Counted from the first letter of the stretch, positions 13,191 to 25,637 are shown. The stretch is 64,000 nt of DNA from Octopus sinensis (GCF_006345805.1 NC_043000.1:120652001-120716000); one strand, 5' to 3'. Program-made: numbers and translations. The notes: generated from the letters alone by a model not told the origin.

Positions 13191-13569
13191 ATATATATAT
13201 ATTATATATATATATATATATATAAATTTATATTTCCTTATGGAGTGATTACGGCTTAAACTGTTATCTGCTGAGGTGCTGTTCGGTTGGTTGAAACTGT
13301 TCAGAAGGTAAGGGTATCACTGCCACTTCGATATATGAATGTTAGTTAAAGTTATATTGCAACAGTGAATACAGCGGTATGTACATGCACCAGGTCACAT
13401 GATGATATGGACGAAATTGCACCCAGAAGTCAAGGTTGTGTTCGTCTAGGGAGTGTCGCGTGGCTCAGAGGTTAGATAGTCAGGCTCACAATATTGAGGA
13501 CCGGATCGGTCTCTGTGTGTTACGTTCTTGAGCAAGACACTTTATTTCACGTTGCACCAGATCACACAT

Positions 13570-13955
13570 CTCTTTTACTTGTTTCAATCATTTGACAGTG
13601 GCCATGCTGGAGCACCGCCTTTAGTCGAGCAAATCGAACCCATGACTTATTCTTTGTAAGCCTAGTACTTATTCTATCAGTCTCTTTTGCCGAACCGCTA
13701 TTGTATGGGGACGTAAACACACCAGCATCGGTTGTCAAGCGATGTTGGGGGGACAAACACAGACACACAAACATATATATAGATATACGACGGGCCTCTT
13801 TCAGTTTCCGTCTACCAAATCCACTCACAAGGCTTTGTTCGGTCCGAGGCTATAGTAGAAGACACTTGGCGAAGATGCCACGCAGTGGGACTGAACCCAG
13901 AATCATGTGGCTGGTAAGCAAGCTATTTACCACACAGCTACTCCTGCGCCTGTAG
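13570..13955 (-). mobile_element. tRNA-derived SINE, family B
   Basis: Reverse complement of the 7441-7845 family. Confidence 0.85.
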
Positions 13956-14273
13956 AAATGTTGTGGAAATGCATATGAACCATTTAGATATTTTCCCAGT
14001 GCATTTTCAAACATTCTTTCTCAACATTTCTCTCCAGGACCGTAACAGCAATATTGTTTTCCTCACTGTCTTCCACTAGGATAACGTCGGTGGTCTTGAG
14101 AGGGGGACGCTGGTATGCATGGATGACTGCTGGTCTTGCATAAACAACTTTACCTCGTATTTGTGTTTCGGAAGCTAAATTTCTATGTGCAATCCCATGG
14201 TCATTCGTGACCGAAGAGGGTCGTTACACTTTACCCTACCATGTGTTAATATATATTTCTTTACTACCCACAG

Positions 14274-14474
14274 AGGGGACAAACAAGGACAGACAAACGG
14301 ATTAAGTCGATTACATCGACTCCAGTGCGTAACTGGTACTTAATTTATCGACCCCGAAAGGATGAAAGGCAAAGTCGACCTCGGCGGAATTTGAACTCAG
14401 AACGTAACGGCAGAGGAAATACGGCTACGCATTTCGCCCGGCGTGCTAACGTTTCTGCCAGCTCAATGCCTTTC
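14274..14474 (-). mobile_element. Tailed family A SINE with 15-bp TSD
   Basis: ccatgtgttaatata flanks both sides (14259-14273 and 14475-14489). Confidence 0.85.
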
Positions 14475-14923
14475 CATGTGTTAATATAAACGTCAGAGCT
14501 TATGGTTGACTATCGATTACATGTGAGAATGTGGATTGCCATAGTGTAGTCTCTCCGTGAGATGTGTTGCTATAGTGTATTCTCTCGTGTTGCGTATTTT
14601 TGGTGAAGCTTATTCTAAGAAGCATATTCTCAAGCATATTTACCCTTGATTAAACATTGGTGTTGTCTGTAAAGAGAAGGTAATTTGGTAAATTATTTGC
14701 TACACCAAAGTTTGAAGGTTCACTAGGTGAGAGACAAAGCATAGCTCAAATCCATAAAAAGGAAAGAACGATTATAATTATTGAAGACAAATTCATTCAA
14801 TGAAGTATAACTTCAATCATTTATACAACCAAAATCGAACGAACTGCAAATTTGACACTTGGAATGCATGAAAAAATAAGGGCAAATACGATACGTTAAT
14901 TCAATAGCGATTGTCCTTCACAG

Positions 14924-15041
14924 GAAAGAACAAAAGAAAGCTATAACTAATAAAACTGAACAACAAAGAAATGTTCGAGAGAAAATTGCCATAGAAATGG
15001 TTAAAATGGAAACTGAGCAATTATTAAGCAAGACAAACAAG
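14924..15041 (+). CDS. Candidate internal exon of an unidentified host gene (K/E/Q-rich, coiled-coil-like)
   Basis: ttgtccttcacag acceptor and aag|gtatag donor. One open frame: KEQKKAITNKTEQQRNVREKIAIEMVKMETEQLLSKTNK. No homology recognised. Confidence 0.45.
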
Positions 15042-15423
15042 GTATAGCTTTATTTCCTCACATTAATCACTACTTACGAAAATAACACAATCGTGAAACA
15101 GGTTGTGCAAATGTAGATACACCGTTTAAACAAATTTCCAGTGCATTTTCAAACATTCTTTCTCTACACTTCGTGACCGTAACAGGAAAATTGTTTTTCT
15201 CTCACGCTGTCTTCATAATATATATATATATATATATATGAGGTATACAATAAGCAATGGTTTCATGTGAAGGTAGAATCGTGCACCAGCACTTCCGTGT
15301 GCCGTGTTTGGACAACTGCGAAGATCTCTTCACATGAAAAATATCTTGCCTTGTCAACCCACAAATATAGTATGATTATCTACCAAAATGGTGTTGAGCA
15401 CTCATTCCCACCGAGGTATATAT

Positions 15424-15455
<32 letters not shown>

Positions 15456-15524
15456 GTAGGTCCCGGGTTGATTCGGGGTTAACCACAGTAAATAAGGTAC
15501 TCAATACGTAGCAGAGTAAAATTA

Positions 15525-15639
15525 ATTTATTATATAGAAGGAGCTTCTACAGGACTAGAACTGTTTCATTCAGAGAACTGAAGATTTCTCTTGAATGAAA
15601 CAGTTCTAGTCCTGTAGAAGCTCCTTCTATATAATAAAT
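15525..15639. repeat. Perfect inverted repeat, 48-bp arms, 19-nt centre
   Basis: 15525-15572 is the exact reverse complement of 15592-15639. Confidence 0.95.
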
Positions 15640-15950
15640 AAATATATATATATATATATATATACATATATATACTTACGTACATATATATATATATATA
15701 CATACATACATACATATATATATATATACATATATATACATACATACATACATATATATACATACATAATATATATATATATATATATATATATAGCAAG
15801 AGAGAGAGAGAGAAAGAGAGACTGTGGATAGATAGACCTACCTACGTAATACATACAACCGTACATATATACATAAATGCATGCATTCATAGGCATATAT
15901 ATATATACATATATGTATACACACACACACATATATATATATATACACAC

Positions 15951-15995
<45 letters not shown>

Positions 15996-16003
15996 ACGTA
16001 AAT

Positions 16004-16049
<46 letters not shown>

Positions 16050-16939
16050 TATTATATATATATATATATATATATATCAATATGTGTGTTTGTGTGTTTC
16101 TAGAATATGTGATCATCGGTATAATAAAATATTCTACAAAAGTAGACGTGTGACATAAATTGTCAACTCGGAAAGTTGAAACAAACGTTCAATTATTAAT
16201 ACGACTATGATTTCCCAATAAATATAAACCGTATTAAGTGCTCTTTGGCTTCGTTTTGTAAATACATACGATCACACACACACACAAAAATGCACACGCA
16301 CTCATACACGCAGACACACACGTGTATATAAGCGCACTTTTGTACACACACAAGCAATTCATATATACATATATACATATACATACATATATATAGATAA
16401 TATATTATATATATATCTTATATGTTATATATATATTTATATGTATATATATATGTATATATATATGTATGTATACACATATATCTATATATATACACAC
16501 ACACACATATATATATATATATACACATATATATACATATATACATACATAATATAATTATATATATATATATATATATAATATATATATATATACATAT
16601 ACATGCATTCACACAGATACACGCATATATATATATTATTTGTATACATATATTCTCATACAGACTCATAGACAGAGACACACATATATACTCATACACA
16701 ATTATGTTCATATTTAGCTCCACACACACACATGCACATACACATGTACACTCACACACACATGCACATACACATATACACTCACACACATGCACATACA
16801 CATGTACACTCACACACACTTGTGTGCGTATATAAATGGCGATTTTTGTAAATATTCATACATCTCTGCACGTTCACATAAACACACATACACACATTCG
16901 CACACATATATAGCCATATATATATTCATGCATACTCTT

Positions 16940-17310
16940 TATTCTTTTACTCTTTTACTTGTGGACATGCTGGAGCACCGCCTTTTATTCGAGCAAATCG
17001 ACCCCAGGACGTATTCCTTTTAAGCCTAGTACTTATTCTATCGGTCTTTTGCTGAACCGCTAAGTTACGGGGACGTAAGATGTAAACACACCAGCATCGG
17101 TTGTCAAGCGATGTTGGGGGCGGACAAACACAGACACACAGACGTATGCACACACATACACACTCATATATATATATACATATATATGACGGGCTTCTTT
17201 CAGTTTCCGTCTACCAAATCGGCCCGAGGCTATAGTAGAAAACACTTACCCAAGGTGCCACGCATGTGGTTCGTAAGCAAGCTACTTAACACACAGCCAC
17301 TCCTACGTAT
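16940..17310 (-). mobile_element. tRNA-derived SINE, family B (internal deletions)
   Basis: Matches the family B consensus segments. Confidence 0.8.
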
Positions 17311-17557
17311 GTATAAATATATACATATACATATATGTATGTATATATATATATACATATATGTATGTATCTATCTATGTATGTATATATGTATGTATAT
17401 ATGTATGTATGTACATATATATTATATATATATAGTATAGTGTATATATATATATATATATATATATTAATATATATATATATATATTATATAGATGTAT
17501 ATATGGTTTTACATCAATATACTCACGTTTGTATCTATAACTATATTTATAGTTGTA

Positions 17558-17606
<49 letters not shown>

Positions 17607-17609
17607 CCT

Positions 17610-17649
<40 letters not shown>

Positions 17650-18232
17650 CGTACATACTCATAACACATACACACGTCCACGTATACGCTAACAAGCATA
17701 CACACATACACATTCACACACATACGTATCATATTATTTCAAAGAGTGATCTTAGATATCAATAAAACATCCTGCAAAGGAGGACGTGTGACACGGATTG
17801 TCAACTCGGTGAGTGAAAACAAATGTTCAATTATTAACACGCCAATGAGTCACCGTTTTGTGAAATAAACAAATCCGTATTATTCGTTGCCATGAAATGT
17901 GTCACCTGACTCGTCTCTTTGATTTCATAATATATGTATATTTTAAACACACAGAGACACAATAATATGTATATATACATATACATATAAAAACATATAG
18001 GTATAATATGTATATACATATTTATATCTATCTTCCTATAGTTATATATATATATTTATATATATGTATATATACACACATATGTGTGTATGTATGGACA
18101 TATTTACAGCTATCTTCCTATGTTTATATATATATATAAATGTTTATATATATATATAAGCGTTTATATATATATTTACAGCTATCTTCCTATATTTATA
18201 TATATATATAAATATTTATATATATATATATA

Positions 18233-18753
18233 AGCGTGTGGCATGTATGTGTAATAATGCCCTCTATATATAAATTAATATGTTCAATAAGAAAGAATTA
18301 TTTTCGAAATTTTTCTCTTATGAGGTTTGTCACGCTATCTACCTGATAATTTCTTGTTAAGATTCCTTATTAAGAAGTTATCCTTAATTGTTAAATAATT
18401 TTATTCCGAAAAAACTTTTCCTCTCCGAAATGCAATTCGAAGAAGCCTGCCATTTACCGGATGTATTATATGTAAACTTCCCCATGTGCGTCGTTAAGGT
18501 TGAGCAGATAGCTGTTCGGCTTTGACTGTACAGGTTCGTTTATTTATGATATGTTCAGAATCAGTCTTGCTGATGAGTACGGTCGAAACTGCGATAAGTA
18601 CGAAATCACAGGTGATACAAGACTAAATTCATTTTTTAAATGTCTAGCTTTGGAAAAATTGCATTGGGTATGATTAGTAAAATTTTTTGGTAGAAATGAC
18701 TAATGTCCCTCTTAGCGTGTGGCATGTATGTGTAATAATGCCCTCTATATATA
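18233..18753 (+). mobile_element. Hammerhead-bearing non-coding unit (481-bp period, ~40-bp direct repeat), Penelope/retrozyme-like
   Basis: agcgtgtggcatgtatgtgtaataatgccctctatatataa starts at 18233 and 18714; (TA)n on both flanks. Confidence 0.65.
18563..18624 (+). ncRNA. Type I hammerhead ribozyme
   Basis: Stem I agtcttg/caagact (7 bp), core CTGATGA, stem II gtac/gtac with a 17-nt loop, GAAA, stem III tca(c)/(g)tga, triplet AUA; predicted cleavage after 18617. Confidence 0.85.
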
Positions 18754-18763
18754 ATATATATAT

Positions 18764-18811
<48 letters not shown>

Positions 18812-19554
18812 TATATATATATATATATACATACATAATGTACTGTTCGGTGAAAGAAATTTCAACACAGAAAGAACTCAGTTTGGTTCCTTAGTTTTTC
18901 CGCGTTCATTCAATTATTTATTTTTCTTTTTAGATGTCATGCGTAGTTTATGCCTGAACAACTTTTATTTCTAAAAGTATGAAACTATTGGTACACTTAA
19001 AGACATATATTGTATTCTAAACGATATATATATATATATATGCAATGTTAGTACAAAGCATATATATATATATATATTCTTTTATTCTTTTATTCTTCTC
19101 AGTCATTTGACTGCGGCCATGCTGGAGCACTGCCTTTAGTCGAACAAATCGAACCCAGGACTCGTTCTTTGTAAGCCTAGTACTTATTCGATCGGACTCT
19201 TTTGCCGAACCGGGGACGTAACAAGGATAGAGACCCCGATAGTTATAATAGGATCCCAACAAAAACTCAAACGAGAACCAATAAAAGACACATTAACATG
19301 AAGAACACTGCAGACGCTGTTAATCAACCGGAATATCATAAAAACAAAAAAACAAGAAGTCACCAAATAACTACAAAAACAATTGTAGTGCAAATCATTG
19401 CAGCTGTCGCAAGAAATCTACATGTCCGCTCAGGAACCAATGCATGCAAAATGATCATTGCAATGCTCGTCTGTATCTTCATCGTAATTTTCATGGTGGT
19501 TTATAGAGCAATGGCTCTGATTTCAGCAAGTGGTATTATATACCCTACTTAATG

Positions 19555-19595
<41 letters not shown>

Positions 19596-20504
19596 ATCCA
19601 AACAAGAAAGCACAAAAAAAACACAACAATGCGAGGACGTGGAACAAATATAGTATTATTGGACGCCCAGGAAAGAAGGAAAGAAGGAGAGTTTAACGTT
19701 TTGAGCGGAGCTCTTCGTCGGAAACATAGGAGAAAGAAAGATCCAGAGAAAATTCCTAATCGATTAGAACATCTGTGAACTAAACCCCCAGGCATGCAAT
19801 TTCGCAGAAAGAGTCAAGTCAATTACATAATGCCCTGTATTCATCTGATAATCATTTCATCAATCCCGAAAGGATGAAGGGCAGGGTCGACCTCAGCATC
19901 ATTTTAAGTCAGAGCGTAAAGACGGAGGAAATACAACTCAACAATGTTCCCGGCGCTAACGATTGTGTGAGCTAGCCTCCTTGCTTGGTTCAAATATTGG
20001 TTTCAAATTTTGGCACAAGGGAAAGGTATTGCTTTCATCGACCCCAGTATTCACTTGGTACTTATTTTATCGACCTCGAATGTACGAATGGCGCAGTCGT
20101 ACCCTGCAGAACTTGAACTCAAGAACGTACAAAATGCCGTTAAGCATTTTGCACGGAATGCTAATCTTTCTGCTTTAATTACATTAAGTATTTTGATGAT
20201 AAAATATGAAACTGATATGCTTACATGTAAAATGTCTGAACTTATAGAAATTCTTGTATAGGCAGCCATCAGTGAAACAAAGGCGAGTGTTTACAGCTCT
20301 CAAATGCCACTAGTTTGTTGTTAGCTGTGCAGGAAGTATTTTATTTCATGGAATATATTAATTCGCATTTAATTAAAATTTTTAAATTGCTAACAGTGAA
20401 TATGATAATTCTGTTTAATTGATGTCGACTATATTAATATATTTGTAATATATATATACAAAATTAATTTAATTAATCACGCGATGTTTCCCTTGAATTT
20501 TTAG

Positions 20505-20574
20505 TTGAGTCAAGTGCCTTAGGGATATACCAAAGGTGTGTTGACGAAATTACTTTGTGGTCTCTTCTCAACAG
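20505..20574 (+). CDS. Candidate short host exon
   Basis: gaatttttag acceptor and cag|gtaaaa donor; open frame ESSALGIYQRCVDEITLWSLLN. Confidence 0.3.
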
Positions 20575-20656
20575 GTAAAACTGAATTCTAATAAAATAAA
20601 AGTTGTTACACACGCACACGCACAAACGCATGCACGCACTCCCCAAAATATTTATA

Positions 20657-20875
20657 TTTCTGTATTGGCCACAGGGGGCTAAACATAGAGGACAGACAAA
20701 GGCATTAAGTCGATTACATCGACCCCAGTATGTAACTGGTAATTAATGTATCGACCCCGAAAGATAAAAGGCAAAGTTGACCTCGGCGGAATGTGAACTC
20801 AGAACGTAACGGCAGACGAAATACCGCTAAAAATTTCGCCCGGTGTGCTAACGATTCTGCCAGTTCACCGCCATA
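20657..20875 (-). mobile_element. Tailed family A SINE
   Basis: Minus-strand tail ctatgtttagccccctgtggccaatacagaaat; aaatattta on both flanks. Confidence 0.85.
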
Positions 20876-21724
20876 AATATTTACCCCGCCCCACCCAAAA
20901 AATATTTAATCATTAAGGATTAGTCTATGTTATAAGTATTTTAACCAAAAATGCTTAAAATATTTCATCTTCCGCTATGATGAGACATTTTGTTTCGTTA
21001 AAGTTCTTAAAATTTTACCTTCCCATTTCAAAAACTTTGGGTGCGTGGATATGAATAAATAGCACGAGACTATCGTTCAAAATTTGAGCTTAATCATGAA
21101 ATATATCACTAAATATAAGATAATTCCCCATTTTATCTGCTCTTATCTGTACAGCAGTACTTGTGAAGTTATATCACCAGATATGAGTCTATATTATTAC
21201 ATTAAACCGAAAGATATATGATGTATAGCAATAAATATCACTAAATGTGAGATGTGGTGGACAACAATTAAATACTCCATTAAAATGTACCTAACCAACT
21301 GTACCACTATATCTCTGACCAACTCAAACGATTTATTACAACATATATGATCAAACTCGCGGTATTGAAGGTAATATAGTTTATATCATGGATCCATATA
21401 TTAAGTTAAATATTTAATCACCGGACTAGATTTGTGTAACTAATAAGGTAGAATAAACGTTGTAACTTAAACCAGACAATATTATTTCTACAAACTAAAT
21501 ATGCAAAATATGTTTAATTGCTCATTCAATCTGTTTCTTATTCTGTTACTTAAATATTTGTAGGGAGAGCGAGCTGGTAAAATTGTTAGCATGCGGCATT
21601 TTTCGTCCGTCTTTACGCTTTAAGTTGCAACTCCGGTCGATAAGTATATGTCAAAGTGCTAGGTTTGCGGCCAAAATTTAAGATTATCATATATATATAT
21701 ATATAATATATATATAATATAAGC

Positions 21725-21990
21725 GCAGGAGTGGCTGTATGGTAAGTAACTTATGGAAAATGAAAGAAGCCCGTCGTATATATATATATATATATGTGTG
21801 TATGTGTGTGTGTGTATATGTTTGTGTGTCTGTGTTTGTCCCCCGACATCGCTTGACAACTGATGCTGGTGAGTTTACGTCTCCGTAACTTAGCGGTTCG
21901 GCAATAGAGACCGATAGAATAAGTACTAGGCTTACAAAGAATAAGTCCTGGGGTCAAATGACTGAAAAAAATAAGTAAAGAGTAAAAAGA
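21725..21990 (+). mobile_element. Family B SINE, internally deleted
   Basis: The head joins directly to the 3' half. Confidence 0.75.
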
Positions 21991-22012
21991 GTTTATATAT
22001 ATATATATATAT

Positions 22013-22601
22013 ATAACAATTTAGGAGTGACCCCAACAGGTCACTCGTCACACCAGAAAGAGCAGCCATAACTCACACCGCCAAGTAGTAGTAATTCAGA
22101 AATTAGGTGAAAATTTAAAAACATTACCCCTAATTCATCTTTTAGACGTTGCAACGTTTCTGTGTCATTAATGATTAAATTAGCTTAATTAAATTAAATT
22201 AAGCAATCTACCATAGGTTACACTTCATCAGTAAAAGACCTGGGAGAGACAAATATACACGAGGCGTCTGTATCGATGCCTACGGGATATCTGACTTAAA
22301 ATTTTCAAGACTGACGTATTCGCGCCAAACTTATCAGCAGTAAATATAAACTGCCGATTCATCTCAGAATTATTCAGAAAATTATCAATTAGTCAATTTA
22401 GGGTAGCAAAAAAATTCAATAGAAATTTATCGCAACCAGCGGCCGGTGGAAAAGAGAAAATAGTCATCGACTAAATATATAATAAATATAACAATTTGGA
22501 GTGACCCAAACAGTCACTCGTCCACCAGAAAGAGCAGCCATAACTCACACCGCCAAGTAGTAGTAATTCAGAAATTAGGTGAAAATTTAAAAACATTTAC
22601 C
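22013..22601 (-). mobile_element. Hammerhead-bearing non-coding unit (475-bp period, ~115-bp direct repeat)
   Basis: 22013-22131 is repeated at 22488-22601; (TA)n on both flanks. Confidence 0.65.
22138..22238 (-). ncRNA. Type I hammerhead ribozyme motif (one stem II closing mismatch)
   Basis: Minus strand: tctttta-CTGATGA-a.gtgt...acac.a-GAAA-cgttgcaacg (palindromic stem III)-TC-taaaaga; GUC triplet. Confidence 0.7.
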
Positions 22602-22894
22602 CTATATATATATATATAATAGTTCAGATTTACGGAAAACAAAAGCCAAAGACAGGTAAGAGAATAACAAGCGCGTGTGCAGGTGTACTAGTTTGACGCT
22701 CGAGAAGAATGGAAAAGTCTTTGACGTTTCAAGTCTACGCTTTTCAGCAGAAATGGATGAGAGAGGGAAAAAATGGAGAGAGAAAGGAAGAGTGGATAGA
22801 AAAAAATATGTTTTGGGATTAATGGTTTAACATGATGAAATAACCAGGCGAAAGATGCTGGATGAAGCAGAGGTGATAAAAGTATACCTGTATT

Positions 22895-23100
22895 AAGGCG
22901 GTGAGCTGGCAGAATAGTTAGCATGCAGGATAAAATGCTTAGCTGCATTTCATGTGTCTCCACGCCCTGAGTTCAAATCCCGCCTAGGTCGCTTTCCTTG
23001 TCATCCTTTAGAGATCGATGAAATAAGTACCAGTTGAGCAACGGGATCGATGTAATCCAATGGCCCCCTCCCCTCAAAGATTTCAGTCTTTGTGTCAATA
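22895..23100 (+). mobile_element. Family A SINE (older)
   Basis: aaggcggtgagctggcagaatagttagc head. Confidence 0.75.
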
Positions 23101-24624
23101 GTAGAAAGAGTGATTTAAACATATATTTACAGAAGTCATGTTCAATCATAAACCGGGGACTATTTCACAAAACACCTCGATTTCACAGCGCATCTCGGTT
23201 GATGAGAGAGTGTCACACACTTTCAAAGCATCTCGTAATGGAAATACTGATATACGACGTTATAGAATTGCATGTGCGCAATGTTGTACGTGAAATTCCT
23301 GCATCACTCTGGAGAGGTTACTTGAAAATATCTTTATCATAAGGTGTTATCATGAAAACGTCAGAGCTGAGCTGATAACGTTTAATTATATTGAACCAAT
23401 GCTTACTTTCATATTCCAAGCTGTTGGCACTTTAATATGATCACTTGCCCAGAGAGGAAATAGGCGTTCCGTGTTGGTAATATAACTGTTGAAATATTCC
23501 CCTTTAGGCGAAAGATTTCGACTCTTTTTTCATCCATACGAAATGATTCGATTTAGGCATGGTAACTCCTAAAAATACACGCCAGCCTCTGAAACAAACA
23601 TGTAAGTACTCGATTAATTTTTTTTCCATTTCTTGCCACACCCGCTCTGTATGGTTTTATCTGCTCTGACAATTGGTAACTTAAACAGAAATAATCGCTG
23701 TCTAGTTCTACCTTCAACGGTAAAAAGCAATCTCACATTTTCACACTATAATATCATAATCGTGTTCATTTGCTGATTAAATATTCAGTTCCGGGTTTTC
23801 TATTCTCGGTTTTTGCTAACAAAAGACGGTAATGAAGATTAAGGCGATCGTTACACACAAATATATGCGTAGAAATTTATTAATTTTCAGAGAGACACAT
23901 TTGCAGCACGCAAATAGCCGAATAGAGGAAAAGGGTATTAGTGACACTTGAATATATGCATCATGAGAGATGCACAGAAACATAAATCTAACTACATAGC
24001 CACGCACCCTCGCAAATCTGTGCATACGTATAGCTTTACAGAAAATACTATATGTATAATATATATATATATATATAGATATATATATATATATATATAT
24101 AATATATATATAATTAATTAATAAGGTGAGAGAATTAGATACTAATTTAATAGTATATCTATTCAACACCAAATAATCTGTATTTTTGTTATTTTTTATT
24201 TGCCCTGTCCGTGTGAGCTAACAATCGTACTGACTTTCATGGGAACATGTATTTTCGTGGTTGAACCCTTTTGGATTAACTGGTGCTAGAGTGAGCCATA
24301 TAGTGACCACTCTCTTATATTTATTTTGTAAAAATCTTATAATATGTTATAAAATATTATAATAATCCAGGTTTCTCGGAGCACTAGGCCACTTGGTGTT
24401 GAATAGATATACTATTAAATTAGTATCTAATTCTCTCACCCTTATTAATTAATTATAATTATGCTGCATTTATTTCTAAATGCTGTATTTGTTTTCCGTG
24501 AAAGTTTGGCGCGCTGTTGGTTGGGGCATTTGAATTATAACGTCGGATGTAATCAATTGAACACCGCCGTATTTATCGTTATGGTAAAATCTGGCGTGTG
24601 ATTGAGTGGATTTCATCCAGATAG

Positions 24625-24707
24625 TTTTGGCTGACGAGCTACAAATGGATTTTTTTTGTAAGTAAAATTACATTTAATTCATTAATAGCGAAACAATTGT
24701 CCCAAAA
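24625..24707 (+). ncRNA. Type I hammerhead ribozyme, canonical core
   Basis: ttttgg-CTGACGA-gcta...tagc-GAAA-caattg (palindrome)-TC-ccaaaa; predicted cleavage after C24701. Confidence 0.9.
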
Positions 24708-25154
24708 TAATCTGTATTTTTGTTATTTTTTATTTGCCCTGTCCGTGTGAGCTAACAATCGTACTGACTTTCATGGGAAACATGTATTTTCGTGGTTGAA
24801 ACCTTTTGGATTAACTGGTGCTAGAGTGAGCCATATAGTGACCATCTCTTATATTTATTTTGTAAAATATTATAATATGTTATAAAATATTATAATAATC
24901 CAGTTTCTCGGAGCACTAGGCCACTTGGTGTTGAATAGATATACTATTAATTAGTATCTAATTCTCTCACCCTTATTAATTAATTATAATTATGCTGCAT
25001 TTATTTCTAAATGCTGTATTTGTTTTCCGTGAAAGTTTGGCGCGCTGTTGGTTGGGGCATTTGAATTATAACGTCGGATGTAATCAATTGAACCACCGCG
25101 TATTTATCGTTATGGTAAAATCTGGCGTGTGATTGAGTTATTTCATCCATATAG

Positions 25155-25234
25155 TTTTGGCTGACGGCTACAATGGATTTTTTTTGTAAGTAAAATTACA
25201 TTTAATTCATTAATACGAAACAATTGTCCCAAAA
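25155..25234 (+). ncRNA. Second hammerhead copy with two 1-nt deletions (core A9 and stem II G)
   Basis: ttttgg-CTGACG-gcta...ta-c-GAAA-caattg-TC-ccaaaa. Confidence 0.7.
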
Positions 25235-25392
25235 TAATCTGTATTTTTGTTATTTTTTATTTGCCCTGTCCGTGTGAGCTAACAATCGTACTGACTTTCA
25301 TGGGAAACATGTATTTTCGTGGTTGAAACCTTTTGGATTAACTGGTGCTAGAGTGAGCCATATAGTGACCACTCTCTTATATTTATTTTGTG

Positions 25393-25425
<33 letters not shown>

Positions 25426-25544
25426 TATATTATACATATATAATCTAATCACCCTAATCGCATCTTGTGTCTTAAACGTACTGGTAGAAACACAGTACAT
25501 GTAAATAAAACGGAATAAAACAGTTTGCAAAACCTTTACTCCTA

Positions 25545-25573
25545 AGTAAGCGATGTTGGGGGGACAAACACAG

Positions 25574-25637
<64 letters not shown>

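Larger units (their letters stand above)
24100..25391 (+). mobile_element. Tandem array (~2.3 x 527-534 bp) of a hammerhead-containing unit with a 5' inverted segment; Penelope-type mini-element or non-LTR retrozyme
   Basis: aaataatctg unit starts at 24171, 24705 and 25232. 24105-24172 is the reverse complement of ~24393-24460. (TA)n on both flanks. Confidence 0.85.

Noticed and set aside
11847-13307. Additional candidate exons at 11847-11898 and ~13276-13307
   Set aside because: Splice-like sites exist, but the frames could not be joined consistently to each other and to 14924; too short to support.
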